DNA from: Oopsacas minuta | Lineage: Eukaryota > Animalia > Porifera | DNA length: 64,000 bases | Reading direction: 5' to 3' | NCBI GenBank assembly: GCA_024704765.1 | Contig: JAKMXF010000014.1 | Coordinates: 1 to 64,000, forward strand | In this document: in pieces, positions 60,726-64,000 of the stretch | Layout: the number at the start of each line of letters is the position of its first letter | Position numbering within the stretch: position 1 is the first letter of the stretch | Notes under the pieces: model-generated | What the model saw: the letters and a program-made list of their open reading frames with translations, nothing else | Told to the model about the DNA's origin: nothing | Databases searched by the model: none | Translations under genes and position numbers: made by a program

Positions 60726-61901
60726 TTGTGTAGAAATTTATCTTTTGTTGAATTGAATGATAGTGACTATAGAATAGTTATAATTATATTAATTACTGAG
60801 AAACTACACAATCTATATTCATATAATTTGATGAAATTTATACCATGAGCTATTTGACTGTGCATGCTATAGATAAGCTAATACTAGTTATTCCATAACT
60901 AGAAGGGAAGCGGGGGTTCTTTTAGCACCATAAACCAGGCGCGGCACGTCTCTTCGAAAAGTGGTTCGGCGAGAAATTTACATTATTCGAATGTGCTCCG
61001 GCGACTCCGCACTAATTATAATATTAAGGCATGAATTAAACCTGTCTACGATCTATTAAGTTATACATATATATTAGGGTGCATCAGTTGCCGCTTTCGC
61101 CTAAAAACTAACGTCGCTGACTACTCTTATGTTATCTATTCTGTATTGATTCATCATGCACAATTTCAATGAATCCATTAAGCTTTAGTAGTAATCACAA
61201 TAGATTGTAATTTTGCTGGTGTTTATCGCTTTCTGTCCAGTATTCGAAAAGTGTAGTTGGATCATGTCTGGATATCTGAAAACTTAGAATTGGGTAGTTT
61301 GGGGGTTAGTTCATGTCGGTGAATAACATTGTTCGGAAACCAATCTTGTAGTTTTGGAGAAATTAGCGAAAATAGTTGGAGTCGGTGCTGGTATGATAAC
61401 TATCATCAGTTAAAGCCATTTTCACTAATATCTTCTAGTACAAGATTGGTTATCAGTGTTTTATTGACCGACATAAAACCACCTCCAGACTACACAATTC
61501 CAATTTTTCAGATCTTTAGCCCTGATCAAACTTCTTTTTTTTCAACAAATTGGCTAGAAAATCGGACAAAAAGCACAAAAATCTAGTACCATTTCAAAAT
61601 CAAATAAGTGCTATAATCTCGAATTGGGTGCGGGAATAGGTTAAAACTGAAGTGATAAAATTTAGTGTTCTTTTTGGTTACGAATATAACACCTCGGCAG
61701 TAATCGGTTAATGCTCTGGTAATTTGAAATTTATTTAGATAGATAAATAATATAAATCTGTTACGAATAATGAAAGGGTAATTAATTTGAGATTTTTAAT
61801 TGAAAGGTTTGCGTCACATTATTCACGCTACATCCTGTACTGTACTCTGTAGTTATTTGTACTAGTAATTAAGTAGTATATGAAAATACTGGAATAAAGA
61901 T

Positions 61902-63935
61902 TTATAGCTTAGCAGGCTGTCCGAGGTATAATGTGTGCTGCATTTGCATTAGAGACTCCTCAATACATTTAATCATACCAGCTGTAGAAGTAGTAGGACA
62001 GCTCCTGAATGTACTTACACAAATCCTGAACTCATTCTCTCTGGGATTATAACACACACCGTAACCATCTGGTACAACAGGACCGAAGCATAAAGTCAGT
62101 TGATGCTGTGATGGTACCTGACTGGTGGAGAGGGTAATGTGTAGACTGTGTGAGTATGTAGGATCGGAGAAGATCTCGGGAAGTAGAACACCCTTCTCCT
62201 TAGATATCAACTTCAGTCCCAACAGATGTCGATCAACACCCTGACCATTCACAGCCTCTATTGTGTAACTACGATGAGCTTCTACTGCCTGACGTAATAA
62301 ATGTGCTAGCTTTTCATTAGACATTACATTCTGTGTAAAAGCCTGTACAAACTCGAGAGAAGCCATAGTAGCAGATCGGATAGTCTCAGTCCTGCCTTGA
62401 TAGAATTTCCGTGTGGATCCGCTCTCATAAGTTGCTGGTGTCTTAGTATGCATTTTATAGTAAGCAAGTTGTAATGCTACCTGGAAGAAACTGTCTGGAC
62501 TAAGCCTGTAGCTTTTGGGAAGATCTTTACCGAATTCTTTGAACAAAAAGCATTGGACATCTGTATCAGCGACAAGAGAATCCATCTCTTCTCTAGCTAC
62601 AGCTATATGCTGCTGACTTACAGCAGAAATTTCCCAAAGCAGCTCTTCAGGATCTGCAAGTAGGGGGTCCTTACAAGCACATACGTCACTTGGTTCTTGA
62701 GAGGCAGCAATAGTCTTATCGAATAATTTAATTACCGGGGGAGCATCTGCATTAGAATGTTCGTAATTCATTCCAAAATATCCGTCTTTACCGACTAGGA
62801 ACTGAACTCCTGAATCAAACCATCTGTTAGCAGAGTGTACAGAGCTTCCGTAACCGTGTAGTGTAATCCTAGAAGCTGTAGTCTCTGTGGGATCTGAAAG
62901 GTGTGAAATCTCTGAGGTAGACACGAGTGGAGTTGGATTATCAATACACAGAGTGAATATAGCAGTTTCTATTTGTTCCAGTGTGGTTACGTTTGTTGGT
63001 GTATTGATTAACTCCTGTCTGGCTGTAACAAGCTTGTCTCTGTGTAGACTGGTGAGAATGCCAACTTTATCCTTACAGGGGGTATCACTCTGTCTTAGGA
63101 TAGCCTCTATCTGTGAAGAAATAGCTTCACGTGTAGCTAGGACACCCTCACGATTGAATACAGGGAGTTTGAAGAAGCGGCCCTGGTGTATAACTAGGAT
63201 ATGTCTGCTCTGTTCTCTACTCGGACGTCTTTGTGAATCAATATCCTTCTCTGGGATACGAGTACTTGCTAGTATGTTACTGTACTGACTCATATCAAGA
63301 GCTACCGAACCCATGAGATCAGGAGGAAGTCTGTCTTCCAGCACGTCCAGATGGAACTCAAGAGCCGAGCGTACAACTTTAGAACAGAAGGAGACGAGCT
63401 GGTTCTGTGTAGAGAACTCTTGTTTGAAGGTTGATACACCAGGTGACGAGTGGACTACTACAGGGAGTCTGAATCCGAGATACGCACACTCTAACCACCA
63501 CTGGTGCAGCCAGCTATCTCTTACTTTGGCTCTCTCCTGTAGAGCTTTTTGAAGGTCCGGGCCAGCCCCCGTTCTGAAGCCTTCCACTATTTTCTGAGTT
63601 TTAGAGAACTGATCTGGAGACAGGAGTGGTCTTACAACCTGTAAATACTTATCTAACGTCTCTTCTAGAGGAGGTACGGGGAGACGGGGTATACCAGACG
63701 AGGTAAAGAGAGCAGTAGTGCTAGCAGAGCGAGTACTCAGGAAGGGAAGAGCCATAGCACTAGCTGGGACATGTGAGAGGATAGGGGTAGATTGTTGTTT
63801 AGGAAAAGGTTTGTGTGACGTCATGCTATATGTTGACAATATTCTGTTACTGGGAAAGGGTTTGTAAGGAAGTTGTAATGAATTCGTGAATATTCTGTTT
63901 GAACCAATCACAATGCGTGAGAATGCCATGAGCAT
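61902..63935 (-). CDS. CRAT: Carnitine O-acetyltransferase, intronless
   Basis: IPRLPVPPLEETLDKYL, WLHQWW..AYL, NRWFD, catalytic EHSNAD, TYESGSTR, GRTETIR, GVDRHL, STS, FGPVVPDGYGVCYN; C-terminal AKL. First ATG at 63935 (ORF-track start 63947 is TTG). Confidence 0.92.
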   Translation of the reverse strand: MLMAFSRIVIGSNRIFTNSLQLPYKPFPSNRILSTYSMTSHKPFPKQQSTPILSHVPASAMALPFLSTRSASTTALFTSSGIPRLPVPPLEETLDKYLQVVRPLLSPDQFSKTQKIVEGFRTGAGPDLQKALQERAKVRDSWLHQWWLECAYLGFRLPVVVHSSPGVSTFKQEFSTQNQLVSFCSKVVRSALEFHLDVLEDRLPPDLMGSVALDMSQYSNILASTRIPEKDIDSQRRPSREQSRHILVIHQGRFFKLPVFNREGVLATREAISSQIEAILRQSDTPCKDKVGILTSLHRDKLVTARQELINTPTNVTTLEQIETAIFTLCIDNPTPLVSTSEISHLSDPTETTASRITLHGYGSSVHSANRWFDSGVQFLVGKDGYFGMNYEHSNADAPPVIKLFDKTIAASQEPSDVCACKDPLLADPEELLWEISAVSQQHIAVAREEMDSLVADTDVQCFLFKEFGKDLPKSYRLSPDSFFQVALQLAYYKMHTKTPATYESGSTRKFYQGRTETIRSATMASLEFVQAFTQNVMSNEKLAHLLRQAVEAHRSYTIEAVNGQGVDRHLLGLKLISKEKGVLLPEIFSDPTYSHSLHITLSTSQVPSQHQLTLCFGPVVPDGYGVCYNPRENEFRICVSTFRSCPTTSTAGMIKCIEESLMQMQHTLYLGQPAKL

Positions 63936-64000
63936 ACGTCCACTCAATATATAGCTTACAAACTAAGATAATGTAACGTGTACGTTAAGGTGTGTCATGT

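Noticed and set aside
60900-61020. GC-rich stretch as a tRNA or other structured RNA gene
   Set aside because: No cloverleaf, T-loop GTTCRA in the proper context, or acceptor stem could be built; more likely a TE remnant or promoter.
62887-63552. Plus-strand ORFs overlapping CRAT
   Set aside because: Antisense shadows of a long, well-conserved coding sequence.
5894-63935. ACOX1 and CRAT as a peroxisomal beta-oxidation gene cluster
   Set aside because: They are about 54 kb apart with many unrelated genes between; chance linkage is sufficient.

Overview
AT-rich, gene-dense eukaryotic (metazoan-type) DNA with GT-AG introns. There is no sign of prokaryotic operons, CRISPR, rRNA or tRNA. The compact layout, many intronless housekeeping genes and large NHL expansion suggest an early-branching animal such as a glass sponge (inference, not tested). 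Recognisable genes: an AIG1/GIMAP-type GTPase, peroxisomal acyl-CoA oxidase, an 11-exon PXA-PX-PXC sorting nexin, a degenerate DEDDh/REX4-like exonuclease, DNAJB12/14, ABHD16A, a 19-exon receptor (C-type lectin + 16 FN3 + TM + Tyr-motif tail, about 1930 aa), a plant-type pathogen-related protein, a TM2-domain protein, a divergent actin, a SMYD methyltransferase and carnitine acetyltransferase. Eight NHL beta-propeller loci are interspersed: six close paralogues, one divergent NHL-only gene and one pseudogene. The six paralogues have an almost invariant scaffold but hypervariable residues at the same loop positions in each blade, and mosaic patterns of shared segments. One is nested antisense in the last intron of the sorting nexin, and four form an inverted duplicated gene-spacer-gene cassette. 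This looks like a diversifying recognition-protein repertoire and is the strongest candidate for an undescribed system. Several MITEs with TIRs/TSDs, two tandem repeats and an excess of the palindrome TGACGTCA inside gene bodies were also seen. Exon models and alignments were done by eye.
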